From: a bacterium
GTDB taxonomy: Bacteria > Bacteroidota > Ignavibacteria > Palsa-1295
Length of the DNA: 64,000 nt
NCBI GenBank assembly: GCA_037143335.1
Contig: JBAWZA010000012.1
Span: 7,108 to 71,107, forward strand
Direction: 5' to 3'
The notes under the pieces were generated by a model. The model had not been told where the DNA came from. It ran no database searches and saw nothing but the letters and a program-made list of their open reading frames with translations. Every line of letters begins with the position of its first letter. The first letter of the stretch is position 1. Positions 32,202 through 42,585 of the stretch are shown piece by piece. The translations under genes were made by a program, and so were the position numbers.

Positions 32202-33602
32202 ATGGGTTCACAGAGAAATCAGGCATCGTTTCGTACAGCATGGATTTCGATTCTTGTGACCTTGCTATTGATAGGAGCCAAGATTATAGGCGGTATGCTC
32301 TCAGGCTCGCTTGCTCTTATTTCACTCGCTGCTGAATCGGCGATTGATCTCATCGGCGTGATTCTCACACTGATCGCCGTGACGATTACCGCCAAACCCG
32401 CAGACGACGATCATCCCTACGGACACGGTAAGTTCGATAATCTTTCAGCACTTTTCCAGAGCTTGCTCCTCTTAGGCATTGGAGGATGGATTCTGATTAC
32501 CGCGGTGGATAGACTCTTGCATCCCACAGCCGTAAAATTATCCGTTGATCTCGTCACGTTTGCCATTTTAGGTGGTTCATTCTTTCTTGATCTTTGGCGT
32601 TCTCAAAAACTGGAAGAAGTAGGGAAGCAAGAAAATTTGCAATCATTGCAAACCGATGCACTCCACTTTTTTGCTGATAGTCTCTCGGTGGCAGTCGTAT
32701 TCGTAGGTCTGATATTTTCAAAGTACTTGGGGCTTGATGGTGCAGACTCCTATGCCGCAATTTTGGTGGCAGGGTTTGTCGGTGTTCTGAGTATCCGACA
32801 AGGAAAGGCGGCACTTGACGGACTTACTGATAGATTTTCCAAAGACTCGGACGTTTCCGAGATTGCCTCTACCATCAAAGAAACCAAAGGGGTACACCAA
32901 CTCGAAAAATTACGAATGCGTCACTCGGGTCCGGATTTATTTATTGATGCCTCTATTTCCTTCAATCGTGTGCTACCCTTTGCATCGGTTGAACATATCA
33001 TTGCTGAGATTCGGGAAGCGATTATCGAAAAATATCCAAGTGCAGAAGTGAACCTTCATCCACGAGCAGTGAAGATGGAGCATGAGTCAACATTTGAAAC
33101 GTTGAAACTCATCACCTCGGAGTTAGGAGTTCTTCCACATAATATCGAGCTGAGTAGAAATGATGCGGACGAGATCACGGTTGATCTGCATCTTGAGTTT
33201 GCACCGAACAGTAGTTTTCTTGAGGCACATGAACTCAGTGAAGAGATCGAAGCGCATATAAAGCATCAGATTCCTTCCATCTCGAAAATCGTCTTACACC
33301 TCGAAGAAGAACGACCCGATTATCAACTCACCCATGTGCACGATATAACATCACAGAATCAGAACTTCATCAATTCTGTAATTGCACTGGCGAAAAATCA
33401 GAGATCAGATGTGATGGATGTCAGAGAAATTATTCTGGTGGAGGCAGAGCCGTATAAAGAAAAGAAACTTGCCTTCACGATTGGTTTGGATAAGACTCAC
33501 ACGCTGTCGGAAGCCCATGCGATTGTTACGGAGATCGAACAAAAGATTCGTAAGCAATTTCCTGAACTCTCGAGAATCGTGATTCATTCAGAACCGGAAT
33601 AG
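32202..33602 (+). CDS. Cation diffusion facilitator with three ZT_dimer domains
   Basis: SLALISLAAESAID, PADDDHPYGHGK, ALHFFAD; three C-terminal repeats ending LHPRA, LHLEE and IHSEP. Confidence 0.9.
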   Translation: MGSQRNQASFRTAWISILVTLLLIGAKIIGGMLSGSLALISLAAESAIDLIGVILTLIAVTITAKPADDDHPYGHGKFDNLSALFQSLLLLGIGGWILITAVDRLLHPTAVKLSVDLVTFAILGGSFFLDLWRSQKLEEVGKQENLQSLQTDALHFFADSLSVAVVFVGLIFSKYLGLDGADSYAAILVAGFVGVLSIRQGKAALDGLTDRFSKDSDVSEIASTIKETKGVHQLEKLRMRHSGPDLFIDASISFNRVLPFASVEHIIAEIREAIIEKYPSAEVNLHPRAVKMEHESTFETLKLITSELGVLPHNIELSRNDADEITVDLHLEFAPNSSFLEAHELSEEIEAHIKHQIPSISKIVLHLEEERPDYQLTHVHDITSQNQNFINSVIALAKNQRSDVMDVREIILVEAEPYKEKKLAFTIGLDKTHTLSEAHAIVTEIEQKIRKQFPELSRIVIHSEPE

Positions 33603-33664
33603 CATTCAGCACTGACCAGATTCTCCGAAAAGTACGAATCGGATTGCACCGTGCTACTGTTTCG

Positions 33665-33672
33665 TATTTTTG
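33665..33672 (+). promoter_or_regulatory. Bacteroidetes-type -7 promoter element before sdhA
   Basis: TATTTTTG (TAnnTTTG) 17 nt upstream of the ATG. Confidence 0.5.
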
Positions 33673-33689
33673 TATTCTAAGCTAATTTT

Positions 33690-35447
33690 ATGACTCATAC
33701 ATTTGACGTTATTATCGTTGGAGCCGGTGGCGCAGGTTTGCGCGCGGCAGTAGAAATTCCATCAAATTATACGTGTGCTGTTCTCACAAAGGTGCACCCA
33801 CTCCGCTCGCATACAGGTGCTGCGCAAGGCGGTGTATGTGCCGCTTTAGGCAACCTTGAGGAGGATAATCCGGAATGGCATGCGTTTGATACGGTCAAAG
33901 GATCTGATTACCTTGGCGACCAGGATGCCATCGAAGTTATGTGCAACGACGCGCCACGCGCAATCGTCGAGCTGGAGCACATGGGTATGCCATTTTCTCG
34001 GACAGATGAAGGTAAGATTGCCCAGCGTCCGTTTGGTGGCCACACAAAACCAATTGATCGGAATGATCCTGATTCAAAGCGGATTCCAGTCAAGCGTGCC
34101 TGCTATTCCGCTGATAGAACAGGCCATGTGATGCTCCACACACTTTACGAGAACTGCGTAAAGAATAAAGTTAATTTCTTCAGCGAGTATTTTGTAACGG
34201 AGCTTATCTACGAAGAGGGCATTTGCCGCGGAGTTGTCGCTATTGATATCTTGAGCGGTGAAGTAAATATTTTCCGTGCGAAGGCAGTCATGTTTGCTAC
34301 TGGTGGCGATGGCAGAATTTGGCGTATCACATCGAACGCTCACGTCGGCACTGGTGATGGATTTATTCTTTCTTATAATAAAGGATTGCCACTTGAGGAT
34401 ATGGAGTTCATGCAATTCCACCCGACTGGACTCTGGAAATTAGGAATTTTGGTAAGCGAAGCAGCTCGTGGCGAAGGTGGAATCCTTCGCAACAAAGATG
34501 GAGAGCGCTTCATGGAGCGTTACGCTCCTACGGTGAAAGATCTTGCTCCGCGTGATATGGTTAGTCGTGCGATCTTGACCGAAATACGTGAAGGGCGCGG
34601 CATCAAAGGCTCAGATGGTACTTTCTACGTTGATCTTGATTTAACTCACCTTGATCCGAAGATCATCAACGAGAAACTTCCTGAAATTACGGGATTTGCC
34701 AGAACATATCTTGGTGTCGAACCTACGAAGGAAGGCGTTCCTATCCAACCGACAGCACATTACGCCATGGGTGGAATTCCAACCGACATCGAAGGACGCG
34801 TTTTGAAGAACGCACAAGGCGAAAAAACGGTCGGATTTTATGCCGCCGGCGAGTGCGCTTGTGTGAGTGTTCATGGCGCAAATAGACTCGGCACGAACTC
34901 GCTCCTTGATCTTATCGTATTCGGAAGACGTGGTGGCAAAGCCATCGTTGAATTCTTGAAAACTGCTCAGCTCGCTCCGCTGCCCTCTGACGCAGGCGAG
35001 TGGACAACGCAGACTATTGCGGAATTGAAAGCAAGACCAAAAGGCGAAAATTGTTCCATTATCAGAACCGAAATGCAGAACATGATGATGGAAGATGTTG
35101 GCATTTTCAGAAATGAAGAGGGAATGCAACGTGCGATTGGTAAGCTTGCAGAATTAAAAGAGAGATTCAAATCCGTATCAGTGGACGATAAGGGTTCGCA
35201 ATTTAATACCGACGTTCTCGAAGTAATTGAGCTTGGAAATCTGTTAGATACGGCAGAGATTGTCGCAATATCGGGTATCAATCGTAAGGAATCACGTGGC
35301 GCTCATGCTCGCGAGGATTTCACAAATCGGGATGATGTGAATTTCTTGAAGCATACATTCGCCACCAAAGGTGTGGATGGTAAGGTAGTCTTAGATTATA
35401 AACCCGCAACGATTACGAAGTACCAGCCAAAGACACGCGTCTATTAG
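33690..35447 (+). CDS. sdhA: Succinate dehydrogenase/fumarate reductase flavoprotein subunit
   Basis: GAGGAG, RSHTGAAQGG (covalent FAD His), QFHPT, SEAARGEGG, HGANRLG, ESRGAH. Confidence 0.95.
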   Translation: MTHTFDVIIVGAGGAGLRAAVEIPSNYTCAVLTKVHPLRSHTGAAQGGVCAALGNLEEDNPEWHAFDTVKGSDYLGDQDAIEVMCNDAPRAIVELEHMGMPFSRTDEGKIAQRPFGGHTKPIDRNDPDSKRIPVKRACYSADRTGHVMLHTLYENCVKNKVNFFSEYFVTELIYEEGICRGVVAIDILSGEVNIFRAKAVMFATGGDGRIWRITSNAHVGTGDGFILSYNKGLPLEDMEFMQFHPTGLWKLGILVSEAARGEGGILRNKDGERFMERYAPTVKDLAPRDMVSRAILTEIREGRGIKGSDGTFYVDLDLTHLDPKIINEKLPEITGFARTYLGVEPTKEGVPIQPTAHYAMGGIPTDIEGRVLKNAQGEKTVGFYAAGECACVSVHGANRLGTNSLLDLIVFGRRGGKAIVEFLKTAQLAPLPSDAGEWTTQTIAELKARPKGENCSIIRTEMQNMMMEDVGIFRNEEGMQRAIGKLAELKERFKSVSVDDKGSQFNTDVLEVIELGNLLDTAEIVAISGINRKESRGAHAREDFTNRDDVNFLKHTFATKGVDGKVVLDYKPATITKYQPKTRVY

Positions 35448-35489
35448 CGTTGATTTTTCAAGTCACATTCTTTTCTCAAGACCGCTAAA

Positions 35490-36185
35490 ATGATAAAGTG
35501 GAAATGTATTGCACTATTTCTGCTTTTCGTTTCAGTGGAAGATGTTGGCGCTCAACACACCAAACATGAGATCGGTCTTTCACTTGCTTGCGGAGGGCAA
35601 ATTCCACTTGTCTCATCAGGGAATAATTCTCCCGAATTTTTTCGAAAACCGCTGATTTGGGAAATTCGCTACCAAGCATCAACCGACTTTGTCCAGGCAA
35701 TCTCGATTGTGGCACAACATGTAACCGAGTTGCGAAACCGTAAAGCGTTATGGAATGACGTTCCGAATGCGCTAAGCGGAGCATACGATGCCGAGATAAA
35801 TGAACGGCTTTCGATTACAACTCTTGGTATCGAAGGAAATCGGACAATTGTGCGAGCTGGGGATTTTCGACTTGGTGTCGGTGTCGGACTTGGTTATGGT
35901 TTCGGTGGAGCTACAGCTAATGTTCGGAGACTTCCTGGATCGGACGTTCAAACTGTGACTTCTTGTGATACATGGAATGGATTTTTGATTTCCTCCCTCC
36001 TTCGTGCCCGCTATTCACTCTATATTTCTGATGGACTCGACATAGGCTTAACAGGCACTGCAAGAATTTGGGGCTTTCCTTCTATCTCTCCGCTAACCGA
36101 CTGTCAATCAAGTTACAATGGACCAACACTCCGAAGTGTGATTGAAGCAGGCTACCTCATAGGCATCTCAGTCGGATTCAAATAA
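35490..36185 (+). CDS. Hypothetical outer-membrane beta-barrel protein
   Basis: Signal peptide, amphipathic beta strands, C-terminal GYLIGISVGFK resembling a beta-signal. Confidence 0.6.
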   Translation: MIKWKCIALFLLFVSVEDVGAQHTKHEIGLSLACGGQIPLVSSGNNSPEFFRKPLIWEIRYQASTDFVQAISIVAQHVTELRNRKALWNDVPNALSGAYDAEINERLSITTLGIEGNRTIVRAGDFRLGVGVGLGYGFGGATANVRRLPGSDVQTVTSCDTWNGFLISSLLRARYSLYISDGLDIGLTGTARIWGFPSISPLTDCQSSYNGPTLRSVIEAGYLIGISVGFK

Positions 36186-39100
36186 TGATAAGAGTTTAAG
36201 CGAAGGGTCACCCAAACCTGCGTAGCACATCTGCTCTTCTGTCTCGAAATAAGGACATTCGCTACAGTGCGACAGTTCACGCTTGATCTCGCCGAGCGAA
36301 CTAGCACCTTTAAGATCGAGAATCTCCGAGACTAATTTCTTCAGTTGTGATTCCATTTCAAGAAAATCTTTTTTCTCGAAAATAAATTCTATTGATTTCC
36401 CTGTATGCGTGTAGAGGATATGCGCCTTGACCGTTGGGCTGTTATGCTGTGCCCCAACAAGGTACGCATAAAATTTCATCTGAAATTCATAGCGTTTTTT
36501 CTTTCCGATATTCTCAAACCTGTCTGTTTTATAGTCGAGGATATTCCAAATGCCGTCGTCATCTTTGAATAGTCTGTCAATTATTCCAGAAAGGATTTGC
36601 CCGGATGCTAACTTTGATCGAAGTGGGAATTCTGTTTGTGCGTGAGTCGCTTGTAAAGATTTGATTGCAACCGGTGAACGGAGAATAGTTGAAGTATCTT
36701 CAAGAATTTTCCTTTTATATTCGACTTCTAGCGATTTAGGAAGATGCATTGCCTGATATGTTTCCGCAAATAGCACGTCGAACGCAGATTTATCGAAAAT
36801 CCCTTCTGAATAAAATTGCGATGCACGCTCCATGAGTTTATGGAGCAATTGTCCGAAAACACTGCCATGTACATGCTCTGCTTGAACATCTGCTTCGTTG
36901 AAATAGGGAAGTCGTGATTCCTCTGGTAACCCTAATTGGTATCGTAAAAAATATTTTGTTGGACACTCCAAATATGTAAGAATCTGCGACGGACTGTAAC
37001 GCCCAACGCTTTCAGATGGCGCAATGTCGCGGAGAAGGAATTGTTGCTCTGTATCGCCTTCACTTTCTATATCCTTATGTACTTGCAAGGGCAGAGCTTC
37101 CAACTCTCGAATCACGGGGATGACTACATCAATGGTTGAACTCACATAACCACCTGCTTCAGAGTACCGAGTTATCGTTGTGGGATAGATAATCTCATTC
37201 GGGACTTCAGCACTGATAGTATTTGTACTCAGTGGGTCAAGAACCCACCCAAGTTTTGATTTTGAATAATCTTTAATATTACTCGCCGAAAGAATGAGAT
37301 GATCGCGAGCGCGTGTCATTGCAACGTAGAAGAGTCGCTTTGCTTCAGCAAGTTCCGTTTGTTTATTCCGAATCTTTATCAACTCGAATACTGCGTGGTT
37401 CGGGTCTTGGTTCGGCAGCTTCAATCCAACGCCAAGTTCTTTATCGAGTATGACTGACACACTGTCAGCTCTTGGACTGACTTGCTTATTATGAAGATAC
37501 GGTAAAAATACGATTGGGAATTCAAGCCCTTTCGCGTTATGAATTGTCATCAAATGAACGGAATTCCCACTTTGCTTTTGTTCGGCTTGTGCTTCCATAT
37601 CATCGCGCTCGGAAAGGATGGACATTCGCTCGACAAAATCAAATGTACCCGAATATCCTTCGCTTCCGAAACCGCGAGCTAACCGAGTAAATTTTTCAAT
37701 ATTCGCAATTTTTTGCTCGCTCCCTGATTGAGCTGAAAGAATCCCCATCATGCCAGAGTCATGAATGATTCGTTGTAATAGTTGAGGAGTATTAATTCGA
37801 CCGACAAGTTGCAGGTCCTCACTCAGTCGTCTATAAGCATGCACAAGCACTCCTGTTTCATCATCGCCGTAGTTCAGACTCAAACGTTGCCAGAGACTTG
37901 TGACTGATCCAGGTTCCGGCGCTAAACGATAGAGATCAAGATCATTCAATGTGAAATATGGTGATCTCAACGTAGCTGCGAGAGCCAGATCGTCCTTGGT
38001 GTTAATCAGAAATCGGAGATAGTTGAGGAGGTCAAGTATCTCGGGCTGTGAATAAAATCCACGACCACTATAAATAATAAAGGGGATATTATTTCTTCTA
38101 AGTGCCGACTCAATCTCTGACTGATGTGTGCGTTCACGAAGTAAGATCGCAATATCACGATACTCAACACTTCTTGAAACATTTTTTTCAAGCACTTGAT
38201 ACCGTTCGAGCTGAGAACCAATAATCGCGCCAATTTTTCGTGCAATCATTTCCACTTCAAAGCTCAAGTCAAGTTTGCTACTCTTATTTTCCTCACTTTC
38301 ACCTGCCGATTCCGAATCAGAAACTTCCGTGGTCGGGATCATTATTTCGACCGAACCTTCAACTGAATCGGGACGTGCTTCAATGAGTGAAGTGAACTCA
38401 ATATCACTTTTCGCCCCAGTATTTGTAAATAATTTCTCAGAAACAATATTAATAAAGGAGAGGACTTGCGGGAGCATTCTAAATGTCTCAGAAAGTGGGA
38501 TGGGGTTGTGTGCCGGGTCGGTTGCAATAATCTCTTCAACCGTTTTGCGATAAAGCTCAATGTCCGCATTTCTAAATGAATAAATTGCTTGCTTCGGATC
38601 TCCGACTACGGTGAGTATTGTATTTGTTTTCAAGTCTCCACTTAACGCTTTCGCAATTTCATACTGCGAAGCATCGGTATCTTGATACTCATCTATGAGA
38701 ATATGCGAAAAGCGATTGTTCAGCTCCGAACGCACTTCGGGTATTTTGACCAAAGCTAATGTGCGCTCGATCACATCATCGTGGTCGAGTACAGAGTAGT
38801 TATTTTTTTGGGCGGTATATTCGTCAAGCGCTGTTTCGTGAATTCTGAGAAGTTGTCGGGTATATGCTAAGTATATTTTTGGGTCAGGTCTATCGTCCGA
38901 GGTTACAACGTATAAAATATTCTCGAGTTGCTTATACTTAGAGAGAAATGATTGTACTTGATTTTGGTGTGCCACATTCACCTCATCATCTTTGAATAGA
39001 TTACGTCTCAGCTCACTTTTTTGAGTAAAAAACGTTTCCTTCAGTGCCTTATAGGCTTTGATAAGTTCTAGTGGTGTGTTTGAAGAATTGAAAGAAAGTA

Positions 39101-39839
39101 TTGCTTCCTCCGCTTTAGTTTTATTGTTTGCGTTTGCTGTAGTGTGGGTTAATAAGTCTCTAAAAAATAGGAGATCAACATCCCCACGAATCTGATTTTG
39201 CAGAAACTCTAGTATATACTCATCCCAGCATCCAAGAATTTCATCATCGGGAAGTGCATACAATGATTGGATCAAATTCTTCGTACGAAGGCGTGCGTTG
39301 AGAAATGTATGAATCAGGGAGGTCACCTTACTTCTGCCAAGTAATCTTAGTATTGGCAATAGCTGTGCTGTAGCGGATTCAGGTTCATCGTATGCTGTCT
39401 GCAATATGCGATAGAGTGTGGATTGAATACATTGCTCACGCAGGAGTTGATCTTCGGGATTTGGAAGAATTGCAAACGACGCATCCACATTTGCTTCGCC
39501 GGGATATGTTTTCAGAAGTTGAATGCAAAATGCGTGAATGGTGGAGATATTCGCTCCTGATAATCGTCGCTGAAGATCAAGTAAGTGTTCACGATCTGCC
39601 TGCTCACTCGCTTCATCAAGTCGCTTCTGGATGGTAGCAGAGATTTTCTGGCGTAAGTCCCTTGCAGAGGCATCTGTGAAGGTGATCGCTGCTATATTCC
39701 GTGGATGAATATTCTTGTCTGATGAAAGAATTTTCAGATAGCGTTCAACCAGGACGTGTGTCTTGCCAGAGCCGGCATTGGCAACAACGGCTGAGTGCTT
39801 AGTGAGGTCGAGCGCTTTTTCTTGCGAAGGGGTGAGCAT
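36168..39839 (-). CDS. addA: AddA-like UvrD helicase with C-terminal PD-(D/E)XK nuclease
   Basis: ANAGSGKT, DEYQDT, GDPKQAIYSFR, TIHNAKGLEF, YVAMTRA; nuclease GIIDRL...LDYKT, QMKFY. Confidence 0.85.
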   Translation of the reverse strand: MLTPSQEKALDLTKHSAVVANAGSGKTHVLVERYLKILSSDKNIHPRNIAAITFTDASARDLRQKISATIQKRLDEASEQADREHLLDLQRRLSGANISTIHAFCIQLLKTYPGEANVDASFAILPNPEDQLLREQCIQSTLYRILQTAYDEPESATAQLLPILRLLGRSKVTSLIHTFLNARLRTKNLIQSLYALPDDEILGCWDEYILEFLQNQIRGDVDLLFFRDLLTHTTANANNKTKAEEAILSFNSSNTPLELIKAYKALKETFFTQKSELRRNLFKDDEVNVAHQNQVQSFLSKYKQLENILYVVTSDDRPDPKIYLAYTRQLLRIHETALDEYTAQKNNYSVLDHDDVIERTLALVKIPEVRSELNNRFSHILIDEYQDTDASQYEIAKALSGDLKTNTILTVVGDPKQAIYSFRNADIELYRKTVEEIIATDPAHNPIPLSETFRMLPQVLSFINIVSEKLFTNTGAKSDIEFTSLIEARPDSVEGSVEIMIPTTEVSDSESAGESEENKSSKLDLSFEVEMIARKIGAIIGSQLERYQVLEKNVSRSVEYRDIAILLRERTHQSEIESALRRNNIPFIIYSGRGFYSQPEILDLLNYLRFLINTKDDLALAATLRSPYFTLNDLDLYRLAPEPGSVTSLWQRLSLNYGDDETGVLVHAYRRLSEDLQLVGRINTPQLLQRIIHDSGMMGILSAQSGSEQKIANIEKFTRLARGFGSEGYSGTFDFVERMSILSERDDMEAQAEQKQSGNSVHLMTIHNAKGLEFPIVFLPYLHNKQVSPRADSVSVILDKELGVGLKLPNQDPNHAVFELIKIRNKQTELAEAKRLFYVAMTRARDHLILSASNIKDYSKSKLGWVLDPLSTNTISAEVPNEIIYPTTITRYSEAGGYVSSTIDVVIPVIRELEALPLQVHKDIESEGDTEQQFLLRDIAPSESVGRYSPSQILTYLECPTKYFLRYQLGLPEESRLPYFNEADVQAEHVHGSVFGQLLHKLMERASQFYSEGIFDKSAFDVLFAETYQAMHLPKSLEVEYKRKILEDTSTILRSPVAIKSLQATHAQTEFPLRSKLASGQILSGIIDRLFKDDDGIWNILDYKTDRFENIGKKKRYEFQMKFYAYLVGAQHNSPTVKAHILYTHTGKSIEFIFEKKDFLEMESQLKKLVSEILDLKGASSLGEIKRELSHCSECPYFETEEQMCYAGLGDPSLKLLSLFESD

Positions 39840-39852
39840 GAATAATGTTTGA

Positions 39853-40392
39853 TCAATTTTCGTTCAATTTTGATTCGAGTGCAAGCATCTCTTTTCCCAT
39901 TTCATCAAGTTCTGCTTCAGTAAAACCTGATTGAGCCAACTCGAAATACACGGTATCCTCTGCGAGTATGTGCTGCAACAAATTATCTACTATCAACCTA
40001 CCCGTATGGATGAGTTTACGGATGGTGACGTGTATCGGTACACGATCATTTTCGTAGTCCGAGACAACGTTGCAGAAATCCTCAAAGTAGTCTCGCAGAT
40101 ATTCGTGGTCGTAGTTAAGGTAGAGGAATTTTATTCTGCCCATTGGGACAATTTTTTCGAGTCGGGGAAAAAAAATTTCTTCTTCTTTCACCAGATGCAC
40201 GTTGAGATGCTCGCGGATATTTTCACGGGTCTTGAGCATGAGGGCGTAATCTCTTGTCGTGATCGTCGCTCGATAGCCATCCCGTTCGAGCCGTTCGATG
40301 AAGGTGAGCAAGTCATTGCATACGTCCCGAAATGCCCCATGCTCATTGAGCAGTTGCGTGATCGGATTTATTTTGCTTGCGATTGTGGTCAT
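39853..40392 (-). CDS. Hemerythrin-like (HHE) domain protein
   Basis: EH...HLVKEE.IFFP...DH...HILAED: H/HxxxE/H/HxxxE di-iron ligand pattern. Confidence 0.88.
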   Translation of the reverse strand: MTTIASKINPITQLLNEHGAFRDVCNDLLTFIERLERDGYRATITTRDYALMLKTRENIREHLNVHLVKEEEIFFPRLEKIVPMGRIKFLYLNYDHEYLRDYFEDFCNVVSDYENDRVPIHVTIRKLIHTGRLIVDNLLQHILAEDTVYFELAQSGFTEAELDEMGKEMLALESKLNEN

Positions 40393-40641
40393 TCCTATAA
40401 AACCTTATTCGAGGCGGGGTAGTGTCCAAATTAACCAAAAAAACGAGACGTCGTTTGCGTGGAGATAAAGATGACCCGAAAGGTGAAACTCTTTGCCTAA
40501 AAATGTGTATTAGTAGTAAGTAGGAAATGCATGACCGAATGACAGATAGTCATGCATAGACCAACATCTACAGAATTACTGGATTGTCAGTAGAATTGTC
40601 ATATTAGGAATTTAGGTAAAATACTTTTTAAGTTGATTATT

Positions 40642-42537
40642 ATGAGCGGATTTTCATTCCAGAAGCTTTTCTTATTGCTTTCCCTCCTCTTGTTAAGCGG
40701 TGAGTTGCATGCCCAGGTTTCATCAAATACGATTGCTCCGACTACAATTGCACAGGCGATAGAAGCCGAGTTAGCAAAATCACCAAGTGATCGGTATCTA
40801 TACAATCATGCCGATGCGTTCAATCGTGTGATCCAACTACGTGCCCTACGTGCACTTGGAATTGATCCACCGACAGCGATCGGTGAAGCAACGAACGAGA
40901 TACTCGCTGTACCGCCTGCGGATACAGGGGTGACCGTAGATGCAACGAAGAGTTCGACAGCTGAACAGAATGAAACGTCCATAGCGATTAATCGCGCAAA
41001 TCCCAAAATAATTGTTGCCGGAGCCAATGATTCGCGCATGTACTCAAGTGGAATGCCGGCATACGTCACTTCCGACAAAGGCAAGACGTGGTCAACGAAA
41101 TTTATTCCTATTCCGAAGACTGACGACCTCGGAGCGCTTTTTCCTTTACCGCTCGGCGATCCAGCTATCGTCGCTGACGATTCAGGATATTTCTATTACG
41201 CCTATTTGGCGATGGACCAAAACTATAAGTACAATAACCTGATAGTCGCAACAAGTAAGGATGGAAAGACATGGGTCAACGGCGGCTACATTGTAGCACC
41301 TGATCAAGTTGGCGGATTTGAAGATAAGGAACAAATCGCGGTTGATCTTAACCCAAACAGCCCACACCACGGTAGAGTGTATGTTGCCTGGAGACATCTC
41401 GATGGCCAGACTGGTGAGGATATTTGTAAAATTGCCTCCAGCGATGACCGAGGAAAAACTTGGAGTTCTATCGTCGATGTATTCCCTGGTACCACTCTCT
41501 TTTCCTCTCTGAGAACTGGAAAGAATGGGGAAGTGATACTCACTTATAGTGTTCCCACAAGTTCTTCGGGTGAAGGTGACCATGTGTTGGCTCTATCGAA
41601 AGATGGGGGAAAACATTTCGGTGTGAAAGCCGTCCGGAATTTTAACGACTATCCGATCAATGCGTATGGTAGAGATGGTTTGAAGGGCGATAGTTCATTC
41701 CGCGCGTACCCTTATATTTCTCAAGACGTAGAGTTAACGACCGATAAGATTCATCTCGTTTATGGTTCGTATGAGACATTAGATAATGTCAACTATGCGG
41801 CAATTCTCTATTACGTAAGTTCAACTGACTTAGGAAAGACTTGGACGGCTCCGCTCCCGGTTGGTTTAGCAAATCCCGCACATTCAACTTTAGCTGTCGA
41901 CAGATTCAATCCCTGGGTTTCGGTCAACCAACGGACTGGCGAGGCGTTCGTTACCTATTACTCATCAGAGGATGATTCTGATGAAAATGTCTTGGTTGCT
42001 ATGTACCGCCAGAAACTTACAGCAACTATGAAGGAGTATCCGACGATGATCGGAGACAGAGTTTTTGACCCGCGTTTGGTTAAACAGAAAGGCTCTGCTC
42101 CATTCTTGGGGGACTATATCGGAAGCGATGCCTTTGACACAGTGTTCGTTGCCGCGTGGACAGAAAATCGTAAGGGTGGCTCTGATGGAGATGTTTTTGT
42201 TTATATCTCAACCCCAAAACCTTCAGGTTCGACAGTAAATGTTGTTGACGAGCCTACAGTCGTTCACTCAAGTGCGATTTGGCTTGCGCCACCATCTCCA
42301 AATCCAGCTTCGGGCGGGTCCATAAGTGTTAGGTTTTATATACCAAGACCTAGCGTTGTCACACTTGAATTAGTCTCAATAGATGGTTCAATCGTAAAAA
42401 AGATTGCTGGTGAATATAGGGAGACTGGTTCATACTCAGAGTCTATGCCTGTCACTGGTTTAACGTCGGGTACATACATACTTCGTATTCGCACACCTTA
42501 CGATAATGCCATGCAAACGGTAATAATTTCACGGTAG
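40642..42537 (+). CDS. T9SS cargo: BNR/Asp-box (sialidase-fold) beta-propeller + CTD
   Basis: Signal peptide; repeated S.D.GKTW boxes; QNETSIAIN, DKE, FLGDYIG; C-terminal PNPA...SGTYILR. Confidence 0.82.
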   Translation: MSGFSFQKLFLLLSLLLLSGELHAQVSSNTIAPTTIAQAIEAELAKSPSDRYLYNHADAFNRVIQLRALRALGIDPPTAIGEATNEILAVPPADTGVTVDATKSSTAEQNETSIAINRANPKIIVAGANDSRMYSSGMPAYVTSDKGKTWSTKFIPIPKTDDLGALFPLPLGDPAIVADDSGYFYYAYLAMDQNYKYNNLIVATSKDGKTWVNGGYIVAPDQVGGFEDKEQIAVDLNPNSPHHGRVYVAWRHLDGQTGEDICKIASSDDRGKTWSSIVDVFPGTTLFSSLRTGKNGEVILTYSVPTSSSGEGDHVLALSKDGGKHFGVKAVRNFNDYPINAYGRDGLKGDSSFRAYPYISQDVELTTDKIHLVYGSYETLDNVNYAAILYYVSSTDLGKTWTAPLPVGLANPAHSTLAVDRFNPWVSVNQRTGEAFVTYYSSEDDSDENVLVAMYRQKLTATMKEYPTMIGDRVFDPRLVKQKGSAPFLGDYIGSDAFDTVFVAAWTENRKGGSDGDVFVYISTPKPSGSTVNVVDEPTVVHSSAIWLAPPSPNPASGGSISVRFYIPRPSVVTLELVSIDGSIVKKIAGEYRETGSYSESMPVTGLTSGTYILRIRTPYDNAMQTVIISR

Positions 42538-42585
42538 GTTCGAGGAAATCCGGCATGTTACCCTCGATACATTTAGAGAAGGATG

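Noticed and set aside
32012-32335. 107-aa ORF
   Set aside because: It runs through tRNA-Leu and the CDF gene; spurious.
36168-37000. Cas4 or anti-phage nuclease
   Set aside because: The four-Cys nuclease is fused to a full AddA/UvrD helicase in a core-genome context with no defence genes nearby.
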